64,000 nucleotides of DNA. It comes from Podarcis vaucheri (Eukaryota). Below, in pieces: positions 14,617-28,919 of the stretch. The notes below the pieces were generated by a model, which ran no database searches, was not told the DNA's origin, and saw only the letters and a list, made by a program, of their open reading frames with translations. The translations under genes and the position numbers were made by a program. Within the stretch, counting starts at the first letter, position 1, and each line of letters opens with the position of its first letter. Location of the stretch: assembly GCA_965113315.1 (NCBI GenBank), contig OZ220373.1, one strand, 5' to 3'.

Positions 14617-15505
14617 TAGCGTGCGCCTTTAGGGGTGAAGTCAAACCGCTGTGTTAGCAGCACCAAAGTGTTTTCTCCGGGGCACAAGCCTGGGCAGTGT
14701 GTATGGAGGTCCAGGGCTGCCCAGATGACAAGAACCCCTTCTTGGCCTCGATGATGTGGTCCAAAGGAAGGCAGAGAAATACGTTTGGCACCAGCTTGGC
14801 TACAAGAGTTGCTGGAAAGAGGCACACAAGGTGCCGTCCAGCCGTCTTAGGGACTCTACTCCGAGTTTGTGTAGGCTTTACTCCTTGGTCTTTTCTTCTT
14901 CCGAAGATATCCAGCAAGGCAGTGGAGGTTTAGGATCAGAGTTTTCCTCCTCCTAAATAGGCTACCTTCCCAGGTTGATGAGCTTCACCCGCCCTTCACT
15001 TCTCTCTTCAGCACATGCAGAAACTGCCTTCCTGTGAAGGCCTGGGATTCAGACTCGGAGGCTGAACCTGAGGGATCTCAGCCTGCACAGGATTCCCCAC
15101 TTCCAGAACCAGCTGGGGCATGAGCCTGAAGGGTCCTCACCTGTGCTGGGTCCTCAGGCGCAGACATCAGCTGAGTCTGCTCTGGCCCCTGAGGGGATGG
15201 AGGACCCATTGCCTGCAGGTGCTCCACTCGCAGCCCCGTCAGAGGAAGCGGAGGTTGCCTCTGGGTCCGCTTTACTGCCAGAGCTCCTGACCCGCCCTGG
15301 CTCCCTGCTTGCAAGCCTGTTCCTGACTTCACCCGACTCCCTGCCCTGCACCCAGCTCAGCTGCCTCCACATTGCACCTTTGACCACGGACTGGACTTGG
15401 ACCTCGCCTCTCGGGTAACCCATGGGACCAGCACACTTCCTGACCATTGGACCCACTATTGGTCTCATCCACGCAATCCGTTGGAGCCTGTCTTTGCATG
15501 GAGGG
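14617..15505 (-). mobile_element. Probable RTE-clade LINE 5' region, interrupted by the solo LTR
   Basis: The minus strand carries the motif caacctgggaaggtagcctatttaggaggaggaaaactctgatcctaaacc, recalled as typical of RTE 5' regions. The sequence rejoins across the LTR TSD. Confidence 0.5.
15033..15435 (+). mobile_element. Solo LTR (403 bp) nested in an RTE-like LINE fragment
   Basis: TGTG...CACA termini and a perfect 5-bp TSD CTTCC (15028-15032 and 15436-15440). Confidence 0.8.
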
Positions 15506-15587
15506 GGAATCAATAGGATTAATCCCCCCCCCAAATAACCAACTAACAAGAAAAAGAACTTTTCAATAGTTTTCTTATTGTTTAAAT

Positions 15588-15959
15588 CAGAGGTTCCCAA
15601 ATTTATTTGGCCTACTGTCCCCTTTCCCCAAAAAAATAATAATTACTCAGAGCCCGCCTGGAAATCAACCTTCCTAAGATCTATCAGCAGACTTGACCAC
15701 TGGTTGGTTATAACTTGCATTTTGTGTGTTTATTTGGAAAATAAAGTAATCACTACAACTTTAACTCTGTGTTACATCAGTAAGCGTCATTAAACAACAA
15801 TTTCAATATTTTCTCAATCTTCTCTTCTTCTTTTCTGCTTCCACTGACCCCTTATTTTTATTCAATGCCCCCCCATTGCACCCGGGGCTACTACCCCCCC
15901 CTGGATCATTCCAGCACACACACCCAAGAGGGTCATAGAGTCCACTTTGGGAAACACTG
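15588..15959. mobile_element. Non-autonomous hAT (Charlie-like) element
   Basis: TIR CAGAGGTTCCCAAA/TTTGGGAAACACTG; 8-bp TSD GTTTAAAT/GTCTAAAT. Confidence 0.8.
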
Positions 15960-18052
15960 GTCTAAATAATAAAAGTTCATCTATTGGATTTCTTGTTGTT
16001 AAGATTGCTATTGGAGGGGGCAGAGTTCCATCCAGGATTATTTTCCATACCGGTAAATATTTTTTATTGTAACATCTTGAAATTGAATTAATGCCCTGAA
16101 TGGAGGTGAAGCAGTACCAGGCCCTATTCAAGAGTCTAAATGGTATGGATGATTCCATGTAAGTTTGTCTTTCTCATCCTCATTAACTGTGGCAGGCAGA
16201 TTAGAATGCACATTTTCCTCAAAACAGCTCTAGTCCATTGTTCCTAGGATTCAAATCTGACTCAAAATAGAAGTTGCAATAAAGGAAAGATTTTTGACTC
16301 CTACGCATGACATTGCACCTTGTTCCTTTGTGACATTGGGGGAAAGGCTGCAGCTCAGCATCAGAGCTTATGCGGAAAAAAATCACAGTTTAATCTTTAG
16401 CCTATCCAGACAGCTCTGCAAAAGTCTCCCACATGAAACTCAGTTGGAACAAGAAACTGCTTACCTGTTGGCAGTAGGGCAACAAGGATTAATGCTAATT
16501 GCCGTATAACCACCCCACAATTAAATCAGAATGAATACTCAGCAAAGATTGGGCATAGTGTAACCTCTGTGAAAGCAAGTTAGGATGAATGCTCAATAAA
16601 CAGGTCCTGCGAATTTATTCATCTGCCGAAGCCCCTAGTAAGCATCACCCTGCTCATGGTCTCGCAAGTACAACTGAGTAAGTTATGTGTGTGTCGGTTT
16701 GTGTTTGCATATGACAGGCACTCATTTCGTCATTTTCATCAGATATACAGCGCCCAACAATCCTGTATCTTTCAACAAATATTAAACACACATACAGAAA
16801 CGCTTCCTAAATGACTACGGGTCACCTTTCCTCAAAGTCAAAACGAGAAGATGTCTTGTAAGCATATATTTTATTACGCTAGTCAAGAAAGACATTGTCA
16901 CTGAAAACCAATCTTGCTTTGTATTTTCAGCCCTGGAAAAGGGATCAGAAGACCCTGAGCAACAAATTCAGCAGCATGTTCAACATTAGCACTGACATTT
17001 CACAACTCTTGCCTTTAAGCATCGAGAAGAGACTTTCTGTTTTCCAAGATATATCTGACAAATCGAGGAAAGGACGGAAGGTTGGGTGGCAGAAGGATGC
17101 TGCAAAATTAATGTCTGCTGGCATATTTTGCTTCATGCAAACAGCTGACTGGAAAGTACCTAAGCATATCTGCAGTTAGAATGAACCATAGCTTGGACCT
17201 ACATAGCAAATGTCAAAATGTAACAAAAATGTAGTAGTCAATAGATTTAACTGAATTAACCACACATATTTCAGCTTTAGTGTGGAAGCACAGCTCAAGG
17301 TTTCACCACAATTGTGCACTTTTCCCTTAAAGCACCAAATTTACACCATTTATCCATAGTGATGGTTGTCAGATATTGGGGAATTTGGCATTGTCAATGT
17401 GAGTTTGTGCACAGCATGCCAGTCATGTCCCTAATTTAAGAAATGCCAACCACAACCTATAATAGTACACTATAGTTTCTAATGGAATTGGTATGCAGAG
17501 TTCTTTCTAAGGTATGAACTTTCCAAACAACTCTTGCAGGTTTTGCAGAACCCAAAACAGCTAAGCAACGAGGTAAAAGGGGAAATGGAGTAGAACTGAT
17601 GAACAATTCCAGTTCAAAGTATTATCCAATACTGTCATACAATTAAACAATAATGATATCCTAGTGGTTTCTACAGGGAATGCCTATAGAACATTCGGAG
17701 GACCTACAGAGAGCAGAATTCAAGATCTTGTTTTTGTACACTTGTATGACTAGTTTTGAATAATAATGTGACTAATATGGAGATAATTACTATTTGCAAC
17801 TCTATTTTGTTTGGAGATCGACACAAAGGTTTCCTTAATGTAAAAGGTTTGAGCTGATGTGCTCTGTGGTTTCAGAAAAGAAGTTCCATTTGTGAACAGA
17901 AAAATACTCAGTTTATTCATTCAAAGTATTTCAACCTGCCCTTTTCAAAATCAGAGCAGTTTCCAACATTTGAATTAGTGCAGGTTATAGAACACCCAGA
18001 TTAAAATCAAGTTTCAACTAAAGGAAAATGTATTTAGCTGTTTTCTAAAACC

Positions 18053-18355
18053 AAATGAAGAAGGAGGGAGAAAGGTTGTTTTCTGCTGCTCCAGAGAAGC
18101 GGACATGGAACAATGGATCCAAACTACAAGAAAGAAGATTCCACCTAAACATTAGGAAGAACTTCCTGATAGTAAGAGCTGTTCGACAGTGGAATTTGCT
18201 GCCAAGGAGTGTGGTGGAGTCTCCTTTTTTGGAGGTCTTTAAGCAGAGGCTTGACAACCATATGTCAGGAGTGCTCTGATGGTGTTTCCTGCTTGGCAGG
18301 GGGTTGGACTCGATGGCCCTTGTGGTCTATTCCAACTCTATGATTCTATGATTCT
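18053..18355 (+). mobile_element. CR1 LINE 3' fragment
   Basis: ORF2 C-terminus ...RFHLNIRKNFLIVRAVRQWNLLPRSVVESPFLEVFKQRLD, followed by the CR1 3'UTR and an (ATTCTATG)n tail. Confidence 0.92.
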
Positions 18356-21084
18356 AAGAACCTTGGCAAGATTCCCTGCAGAGGAAGTTCAAAAAAACAG
18401 GGTGGAAACATTGCAAATACCTCTGACTATAATCCTATGAATGCTAGGTTACATCCAACTAACATACTCAGAGCAGACTCATTGAAATTAATGGACCCAA
18501 GTTAGTCATGCCCATTAATTTAAATGGGTCCCATTTTGCACAGTGGGGCTTATTTCTAAATGAACTATCACCCTTTATCCACACTATTGTTGCCAATGCC
18601 CATCCCCAAAGACAAGGCCTTTGTGGGTTCAAGGGCTCGTTCGTTGACGCTGGGTGTCCATGTCTCTCTTGGCCATTCAGAATTCGCATCAGCTGCATCA
18701 CCAGTCCAAATCAGTTGCAGTAAAAAGAAAATCCTGTTTTGCTTTCTTGTCCCCTCTGCACTTCACTGCTCTTTCTGCTTATCTGAGTACACAGAGCAGG
18801 TGAAATAATTAACAAAACTACATGTCACGTAATTTTACTGAAGTTTAACCTTAAATGGTATTAGCTAAATAAATCAAGAAACACATTTATTTTGCCTTTC
18901 CCTTCTTGTGTCCTCTGCTTAATGTGAATTAACTCTGTAGAGAAATGCTTCACAGAAATATGGAAAAATGGAATGAGTCAATTATGCAAGCACATCTAAT
19001 CAGTGTGCTAAGTGAGCCACTGCTAAGGTTGGTAGATTTATTCATGTGCAAGAAAAGTTAAGGTTTGAGCCCATAAGGAACTAATCTTTATGAGCTAAAT
19101 TTAACCACCTGATCAATATCTGAATGGCTTGATAGAGCAATGTATTCACAGAGGACTTACAACTCTTGTTTTTAAATAAACACACCAGTGCATTAAGTCA
19201 AACATTGTCCTTCCCCTACCAGAATCACTCATATAAACTCTATATTATAGCCTTGGATGGACTCTCTCCATCTATTTATTGTACTTACATCAAAACAATT
19301 CCAGCACTTCAGATATTTGCATTTCTTTTGTCATTTTATAGTTTCATATCTGAATAAGCAGGTGACTATCCATTCCTAGTATTATCCCTCCCTCCACAGA
19401 ATCAGTATGCTTATATATATATTACAGCCACCCCCTATCCTCCAATATAAAGGACAGAGAGTGCTATTATGCTTGTGTCCTGCTGGTGGACTTCCCATGG
19501 GCATCTCATTGACCGCGGTGAGAACAAAATGCTGGAACACAAAATCCAGCAAGGATTTTCTTATCTTCCTGGGTTCAGAACTGCATAATTCAGTGGGCTG
19601 TATCTGCCTAGGCTTCCTCTATACTGGTGTATATTTGATGGGTATATCTGAGGGAGCAGAGGATCTCTTCCCTCTGACATCTGAACAGTCTGCTGCTCTC
19701 ACCTGTTCTGTGCGGCATTGGTGATTGATGAAGGGCATCAGTGCAAATGATGCAATGATGCAAAACGCCCACTCCCATGTCCTTGGACTATGATATTGTT
19801 TCTATTGTTATCTTTTTGGATAAGGATGACAAGCAGCATACTTATTAGTCAATGCTTCTGTACTCAAAACTGCTGTGAAAATAATACACATCATTTTGGG
19901 CCAGGAAACCAACATGCTTACAGTGAATACTTTGCATTACATACAGTTAGGGCTGGGGGAGAAATATGGATCTGTGGGCCAAAATAAATCAGAATCTAAC
20001 TAATTTGAGCTGGAGCCCAACATGTGAAGTGCCCCACATTGGATATCCCTGGACTACATCAATATTGCACTGGTCCAGAAATGCAGTGCTTGTGTTCTTA
20101 TCTATTTCAAGCCCTATCACTTAATGCTCCATTGTTATTTGCCCTTCATGCTATTTGATGATACTGCCTTTGATATGCAGCCTACTGTTTTGATTGCTAA
20201 GTACATATTTCAGGAGAAAGCAACACTCCTATTTCTGTTTCCATCAGGCCACAGCTTGTCATAGGGGTTAGTGGCTGAGGTGCAATTTTGTATTTTGAAG
20301 TGTTACTTATATTGGGTAAGCCATATTTATTCTGAGAACAGAACAGCAATAAGATACTGTCAAGATTGCGTGTGAAAAGATTTGTGGTTTCAAGATTACA
20401 GGAAACTGCTGAGGATCAGGATGGAAGTCTAGACAGAAATCTGGGGGAGTGACACTCCGTGTCAGATCTCACACCAAATTGTTTGACCTCTCCATATCCT
20501 CAAGCTTAACAAGCTTATATAAACACAGATGCAGCACACACAAATCAGAGCATTCGGTGAACCCCAACTGCTCAATTTAAGTGAATGTGTTAAAAGGGGG
20601 AGAGATTGCAACTGATGCTCATATACAGTGTTTTTTATTTTTATTTTTAAATAAATGTTTTAATCTACACATAGAAAACCTATCAAATATCAACAATACT
20701 GAAGCCAATGTACAAATATACTTGTGGTCTCTTCAATTTATACATATTGATTTATCACAATCATCTTGAAACTTTTGTAATATATTAAATAAATGTTATA
20801 CATCTGTGAACGCAAGTGCTCTAACTTGTGAACCACCATTCTCAGCTGGTAGGCTGAAACCTACAAAAGATTGTAATATGTTTTGGCTCGCATGGCAGCT
20901 AAAATAAAATACAATTTGTGGCAAACTGCAACTCGTGGGACTGCTTCAGCTAACCCGACAGAAACCTACATCCAAACTGAACAAACTTTGCGGGTTCAGT
21001 ATAATCAGGCAGCAGCCATGGGAATCTCCATGCGCTACACTATGTTTCAGGCAAGTTGTCATTATTCCTCAAAGAACTCCCATA

Positions 21085-21300
21085 TCTGGTTAAGGATAAA
21101 GCAGAAGAACTTTTTCCCCTGCTGCTCCCAACTGCAGGACTAGATCTCCTGAGTTACAGGGGGATAAATTTTGATTCACTTCTTGACGGTAAGAGCAGTT
21201 CAACAATAGAATCAATTACCAAGAGGAGTGGTGGTCTCTCCTTCCTGGGAGGTCATCAGGCAGAGGCTGGGTAGCCATCTGTTAAAGATGCTCAGGCTCT
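21085..21300 (+). mobile_element. Degraded CR1 fragment
   Basis: ttcttgacggtaagagcagttcaacaatagaatcaattaccaagaggagtggtggtctctccttcctgggaggtc resembles the CR1 ORF2 3' end. Confidence 0.6.
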
Positions 21301-21763
21301 GCTTTCCCTTCATCAAGCAGGTGGCAAGTGGTGAAGTGCACCTGTCTCTCTCATCATGGACTTCCAGGTGGGATTTAAAAACATTCCAATTCACCCAGGC
21401 ATCTGATGGTTGAAAGATTCTGTACCTAGCAACCTTGATATAATTAGTTGTGAGGGCATGTGGCTTTTTAAAATGTTTGTTAATGTCCTTCACTGTTTTT
21501 ATAGCTTTACAATAGGTTTTATTTTGAACTTTGGTGTTTGTTCTGCTTCGTTGCTAGCTGCCTTCGGCTCCTTTAGGAAGATGGGCGGGATAGAAATTCA
21601 ATAAATAACAACAACAAATGCATGGTCCCCTGAAAATGGATAATTCAATGAAACCACAAGAAATGCTCTAAAACTGAGATCCAAACAGTGCATTTCTATA
21701 TCACAGAGTTAACTTTTCAACTGTGTTGTGCATCTTGAAATCCCTTTACCGAATTCCAAAATG

Positions 21764-21768
21764 GCGCG

Positions 21769-21801
<33 letters not shown>
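21764..21801. repeat. (GC)n-(CA)n alternating purine-pyrimidine repeat
   Basis: gcgcgtgcgcgc followed by (ac)n. Confidence 0.9.
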
Positions 21802-22689
21802 CGGCTTTCTTGAAGTGAATAAACCTCTGGATGTGTTTCAGTAAAAAAAAAAACTGCACTCAAAAAAACAGAAACATCCTATGGGCATCAGCATTGCATA
21901 ACACAGGCCTTCCTCGGCACATCTGCATTTCATTCTGATCAGCAGCCTGGTGATATAAAATAGTGCTCATTTGTTTAAATGTGTTTCTGCACTTTTCTTC
22001 ATGTAAAAACCTATGAGATTTGATAACTTTTATGTTAGCAGAGATAAAAGCCAAGAGCCACAAAGAGACTTAAAGAAGTACTCCACATTTAAAAAACAAC
22101 ACAAGAAGTAGACAAATCAAAGAGTCTTCACTCAACATCAGAAATACATGAATCTCAGTGTCAGGTGAGTCTTCTGCACTGCAGAATGAGACAGCACAAT
22201 GGAAAGGACAGCAATCACCTGACCTGAGTTGGTAGAGCAGCTCAAAGGAGAAGCAACAGAGGCACTAACTGCTGGGGACCCAAACCCTTTGAGCCCCCCA
22301 AATTTTGGGGGGAAATCAGGGCCAAGTACAGAGCCAAGCGCAGCATGACTTTAGTGGCCAGCTCCTTCTCCTCCTCTTCCTGCCTCCGCAACAGCAGGAG
22401 GAGCCACTGGCCACTGAATCTGTGCTACAACTGGATTTGGCTCCACCCCCTGGCTCCTCTGACATCCTGAAGCGATGTCAGGACATTGCACGTGCAACAT
22501 TGCCCCTCCCCATGTTCCTCACAAGTTGGCACCTCTGCTGAGGAGCACCTCAGTAGCTAGACAGGTTTGCGTGGGAGAAGGCAGTCTTGTAGGCAACCCA
22601 GCCCCATCCTATGAGAGGGCTTTATAGGCCAAAACTGGCACCTTGAATGGAGGCTGGAAATGGATTGAGAGTTGAGGGTGGTGAGACAT

Positions 22690-22840
22690 CAGTTGGATAA
22701 CCCAGGTGGTCAGAGGGTGGTGCTGAAAACAGCAAGGTTGCAGGTTTGATCACCATCAGGGACAGCTGCGTATTTCTGCACTGCAGAGGGTTGAACTAAA
22801 TGATCCTTAAGATCCCTTCCAACTCTACGACTCAATGATT
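22690..22840 (+). mobile_element. tRNA-head SINE with CR1-type tail
   Basis: tRNA-like head followed by gggttgaactaaatgatccttaagatcccttccaactctacga. Related copies on the minus strand at ~25220-25345, ~36120-36242 and ~60390-60530. Confidence 0.6.
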
Positions 22841-24513
22841 CAAGATGCCCTGAAGACATGCTTTATTTGAGAGCTGTCCAGTCCAAGATCAGGAAAACTG
22901 AGCAGGCACAAAACACCTTGTGCCTTCCCCACTACCAGTGAGATATATCTTATTTAAATTTCAATTATAGTAATTTAAAATTTGAATTTATATATAAATT
23001 ACCATATGCACACTTTATGCAAATTCAGGCCCTCTTTTGTGGCGATGCATAACTGGTCCCCTTACGGTCAGAGCTGGCACACCAATCTTAGATAGCAGGT
23101 TCTTGAAAATAAAGGCTCCAATAGCACCTCCAGGATTTCATTTCATTTCACAAGATTTGTATACTGCTTGATTGCAATAAAACCCCAACACAATTTGAAA
23201 TTATCAGCAAAAAAAAGAAACTATCCAAAACATCCAAAAACAGTTAATAATAAACTAAAACCAGATTAAAACATGTGGCAACATTCTAAATGTTTGGACT
23301 ATGAACCTGAACCTTCTGGGCACCTGAACCTTCTGGGCAAATGCAACTGCATCCAAAAACAGGCCAAACTCTATTACTCAAGGCACATGAATGGTGGATG
23401 CTCAATCTACTGGCTCTCAACCAGTCTCAAACACGGACTTTCTCAACAGGCCCAAAGAAAAACACTTAGATATTTCGTTGTTGTTGTGGTGGTGGTGGTG
23501 GTGGTGGTTTAATAAACTAACTAAGGTATTCCAAATGATTATTAGCAGAAAACCTGGAGGTAATCAGAAAACCTGGAGGTAATTTGTCCTGATTCAGTAA
23601 ATTAGGAGAAGTTCAAGATAAAATTGCCATCGTTCAATGACAGAGCATCTGGTTTGCATGCAAAAAGGCCCCAGATTCAATCCCCGCTATCTCTAAGTAG
23701 TAATGGAAAATATTGTTGCCAGAAATATTCAAGACTGCTAACAATATCTCAGTGAAAATTCAATAAAACAAAAATACCAACCTTAATGATACAAGCCAAA
23801 ATCAAGTCCTATCTGGCAGAGTGCCATGGCTCAGTCCCCTGTATCTCTAAGCAGCACTGGGGGAGACTCTTGTCTGAAACTGTGGAAAGGCACTGCCAGC
23901 CAGAGTAGACATAACTGAGCGGGATGGACCAAAATTCTGACTTGGTATATGGCAGTGTTTTACGTTTCTTGTGTGAAAGGTCAGCCAGTGCTATTTAGCA
24001 TTTCAGATGGCATTTAAAATGTGTCCTTTTCCCTTTTAAATTGTCAGGCTTTACAACAACATGAGGATTTCTCATGCACCCCCAGAGTTCTTACCCATAT
24101 GGGATTTTAACTGAGGGACTAATTATGTGTATTTTTTCTGAGCAGATTCATCAGCTGCACATTGCCAAATAATGTTGTGTGTTCCATAATGGTAAAATAG
24201 ACATATAGGGCAAAAAAAAAAGAGAAAGTATTTCAGATACATTATATACACTGTGTTCAGGCAGAGCTGTGCTGCTGATTAACAATTGCTGGAGCCAACA
24301 CAGAACACCAAAAGCAACACAACCCACAGGGAGCAAAAGTTCGGCAGAACTTTGCAACTGCACCTTTATCTGTACATTAATTTTCAAGAACTTTTTGCTG
24401 GGTGCATGTGCAGCATCTATTCTGCTGCTAACATAAAAAATAAATAAATCCAGAACTCTTGGCAGAATCAGAAATCAGGAGAACCGAAGGGACACTGGGA
24501 TGTCAGAACAATA

Positions 24514-24754
24514 CAGTGGTACCTCGGGTTACATACGCTTCAGGTTACATACGCTTCAGGTTACAGACACACCTAACCCAGAAATAATACCTTGGGTTAA
24601 GAACTTTGCTTCAGGATGAGAACAGAAATCGTACTCCGGTGGCGTGGCGGTAGCAGGGGGCCCCATTAGCTAAAGTGGTCTTCAGGTTAAGAACAGTTTC
24701 AGGTTAAGAACGGACCTCCGGAACGAATTAAGTACTTAAGCCGAGGTACTACTG
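24514..24754. mobile_element. Tc1/mariner-type MITE, family A, orientation 1
   Basis: TIR CAGTGGTACCTC...GAGGTAC(T)ACTG with TA TSD. Confidence 0.88.
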
Positions 24755-25912
24755 TAATAGGTATGTGGATAAGTAACAGAAATCTAACAAGAAGAACAAA
24801 CAGACAATCAAATCATTGTGATTTGTTTGTTTGTTTTGTTTTTTGGATGGGAAACAAAATGTAAACCCCTTTGTTTTCCTTTTTATTGCTAAAATACAGG
24901 GCATGTGTGACATTTGGTTATTACTAGGGCTTCTTTTTTTCAACCAGAACTCAGTTCTGGCATCTTTCAGGTGAGCACCATTGACATTCTAAGAGAACAA
25001 GGGAAGCGTTCATAGTGAATTCAGCCATAAGCAGACAGTAGAGTAAACAGACACCTTGTGTTAATAGTTTCTCAAACTGAAAGTATGCATCAATTAAATA
25101 ATAAAAAAGATCTCCTCAGAGGAGGGGCAATATACAAAAGGAGCATTGGCCTCAAGAAAATGATGGGGAATATTACTTATTACTGATTTCCCCTCGTATC
25201 AAACCCCCACAGGATTTCAAGAATCGTAGAATTGTATAGTTGGAAGGAACCAAAAGGGTCATCTAGTCCAACCCCGCTGCACTGCAGGCATATTTTGCCC
25301 GAAGTGTGACTTGAACCCATGACCCTGAGATTAAGAGTCTTGTTTATGAGAATGAAAGTTATATCTATCAACAGACAGATCAAGCAATACCCATTTATGT
25401 ATTCCTTAATTCATCATTGTTTGTTATTTTATAGTACATTTAGTCCTTCATAATGTTAATACATAAGGGCATCCTTGTGCAAATTTGTAAAATCAGTACT
25501 TATAAGTCCTGCCAAATTATCCACAGCATCTTATTTTACATGTCTTTTGCTCTCATTTCTTTTGACAACCACTTGCTTGATTGAGCGGCTAACATAGGCT
25601 GGCATTACCTATGCCAGTTCAGATTTATATTCAATATGCTGAGGGCTACAGCTGCATCCTTTTGCTAATGAATAATCTGAGGAGAAAGGCTTCAAGGCTG
25701 CTCGTTTTAATACCTTGGAATTCCTGAATACCCCTGTCAACAGCTTGATATTAAATGAGGCAGAGAAGGAAAATAAACCACATATGTAAGTGTTGTATGG
25801 AAAAGTTAACTTCTCTACTGAGTCGTATCACCAAAGCAAACAGAGTAGATCCACTGAAATCAATAACATCAAATTATTATTATTTTATTACAGCAACTTC
25901 AGGTATGACTTA

Positions 25913-26243
25913 GGCCCCATCTGCACTCTGCATTTGGAGCAGTACCATACCACTTAATAAACAGTCATGGCTTCCCCCTTAAAAGTACCGGGAACTGTAG
26001 TTTATTAAGGATGCTGTGAGTTAGGAAACCCTTATTCTCTTCCAAGACCTACAATTCCCAGAGTAGTTTAACAATCAATCTTTTTTCTCAGGGAACCCTG
26101 ACAATTGCAGCTCTCCGAGGAGAAAAGGAATCTCCTAATTCTCAGCACACTTAACAAACTAGAGTTCCCATCATTCTTTGTGAGAAGCCATGACTCTATA
26201 AAATAGCATGATATTACTTTAAATACATAGTGCAGACGGGGCC
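25913..26243. mobile_element. PIF/Harbinger-type MITE
   Basis: TIR GGCCCCATCTGCACT/AGTGCAGACGGGGCC flanked by TTA on both sides; further internal inverted symmetry. Confidence 0.78.
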
Positions 26244-26742
26244 TTAGTTGGATATCACCTCTTGCGTCTGTATTGGTCAAAAGCATGCATTAACCTTGAA
26301 TCATTTATTCATAGCACCTATAAATTCCCTTCCTCTCCCATAAGATCAAAGTTATGTATTAAAAAAGAAGACATTAAAACCATGTAAGGAATAGGGAAAG
26401 AGGCAGCATGGAATAGCAATAGAGAAATAAACAAAAAACAACAACATACTGAACCTCTCATCCAACTTTCATTCAGAAACATACTTTTCATACGTAGTTA
26501 TTATCTAGGCTGCAGTTATGAGACTCAAGAAGAAAACAAAACTGATCCAAGTTGCTGACTGGGGTTCAGCATGGCAAACTGGTTAATGCCATTTACCTCA
26601 AATTAGTGAATGGACACGAATATTTTTCACTTCTTCAAGATCTTCACCAAATCTTATTTACTGCCATTAGAGTTGCTTGTCAAAATTCAGTTACATTTCA
26701 TGGGACCACATACATTACACAGTTCTTTTCTTTTACTACATA

Positions 26743-26968
26743 CAGTGGTATCTCAGGTTAAGTACTTAATTCGTTCCAGAGGTCCGTACTTAACCTGAAA
26801 CTGTTCTTAACCTGAAGCACCACTTTAGTTAATGGGGCCTCCCGCTGCTGCCGTGCCGCCGGAGCACGATTTCTGTTCTCATCCTGAAGCAAAGTTCTTA
26901 ACCTGAAGCACTATTTCTGGGTTAGCGGAGTCTGTAACCTGAAGCGTATGTAACCTGAGGTACCACTG
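26743..26968. mobile_element. Tc1/mariner-type MITE, family A, orientation 2
   Basis: Same TIRs and TA TSD; body is the reverse complement of 24514-24754. Confidence 0.88.
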
Positions 26969-27976
26969 TATTGATGAAATTATTTTCTGGTCCTGCTCAG
27001 TATCCTCAAGGATACAGTATCCCCATGGGGACAGCGAAGCAACTGCACATGACTCTGCTCCAATGCACACTCACAATTCTATCTGCTTAAGTTAAAATAA
27101 TATGGCTCACCTCAATTCACTACACTCATCACTTTTCTTACTGAAGAGATCGAGGAAGATCCACTGAGGAAATGAGAAAGGACTGTGCTCCCCACTGGCT
27201 TAGGGCTACTACCGCAACACACACACAAACACAAGACCAGTTCAAAGGGATCATGGGAAGATTGCCACTAGCTTATTACTAAAGTGATATTTGAAATGAC
27301 TATTATTATAAATATGAACATAGGAAGAGTCTGCTGGTTCAGAACAGGAGCCCATCTTGTTCAGTCATAGGAGTAAACTCCTAAAGGCCAAAGTCCCTTC
27401 TCCCCCTCCAATGAAACACTTAAGCCGCCCTCTGCCAGTTGATGGGTATTGCCATTCAAATGGTGCATGTATAGGGCTTACCTCTCTCCCTCAATATTTT
27501 ATTCAACTTGACGCCCTTGAGTCCAGCATCCCATTCTCACATTGGCCAACCAGATGAAAGGAGTGCAACAGCATTCTTCCCCCCGCCCCTACATTTTCCA
27601 GCAACTGGTGTTCAAAAGCATACAGCCGCCAACAATGGACAAGCCACTACAGAAAGTAGAATTATTACGTGAAACAAATACCAGTCAGACTAATCAAGCT
27701 CTTGCCTTGAAGAGTGCTGACTGCTCATTTTAGCCTTTCTGGAAAAGTCCCCCCACCCTGCTCTTGTTGCCTTAATACACGTATCCTGAATCTTTATTTA
27801 GTTTTTAATAATACTGCTCAGACATCATTAAAATAGCACAGAGTAAACAATAGTGGACAAGATAAAATGCTACACCGCACCCAACAAGTAACCTTACCAT
27901 TTCCTATGTGTAATCAGAACTATGAAGTCTCAGTTGGCTGCAACATCTCAACGCAAGATCTTTTCTTTCTTTTTTA

Positions 27977-28582
<606 letters not shown>

Positions 28583-28693
28583 CTAGACAGCAGAGCATAT
28601 TGGTAAATATCTACTACATTCATGTTTGTTGAATGAAGTGCCCTTACCTTCAAAAAGGCCGGAGACTTTTCTTGGTCAAATGCACGGACGGTA

Positions 28694-28919
28694 CAGTGGT
28701 ACCTCAGGTTAAGAACTTAATTTGTTCCGGAGGTCCATTCTTAACCTGAAACTGCACTTAACCTGAAGCACCACTTTAGCTAATGGGGCCATCAGCTGCT
28801 GCTGCGCTGCCAGAGCACAATTTCTGTTCTCATCCTGAAGCAAAGTTCTTAACCCGAGGTCCTATTTCTGGGTTAGCGGAGTCTGTAACATGAAGTTTAT
28901 GTAACCCGAGGTACCACTG
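28694..28919. mobile_element. Tc1/mariner-type MITE, family A, orientation 2
   Basis: Same TIRs and TA TSD; ~250 bp from the exon 2 acceptor. Confidence 0.88.

Noticed and set aside
900-27900. Numerous 60-155 aa ORFs in intron 2
   Set aside because: Apart from the transposon remnants listed, they show no domain similarity or exon-like splice context and are consistent with random ORFs.
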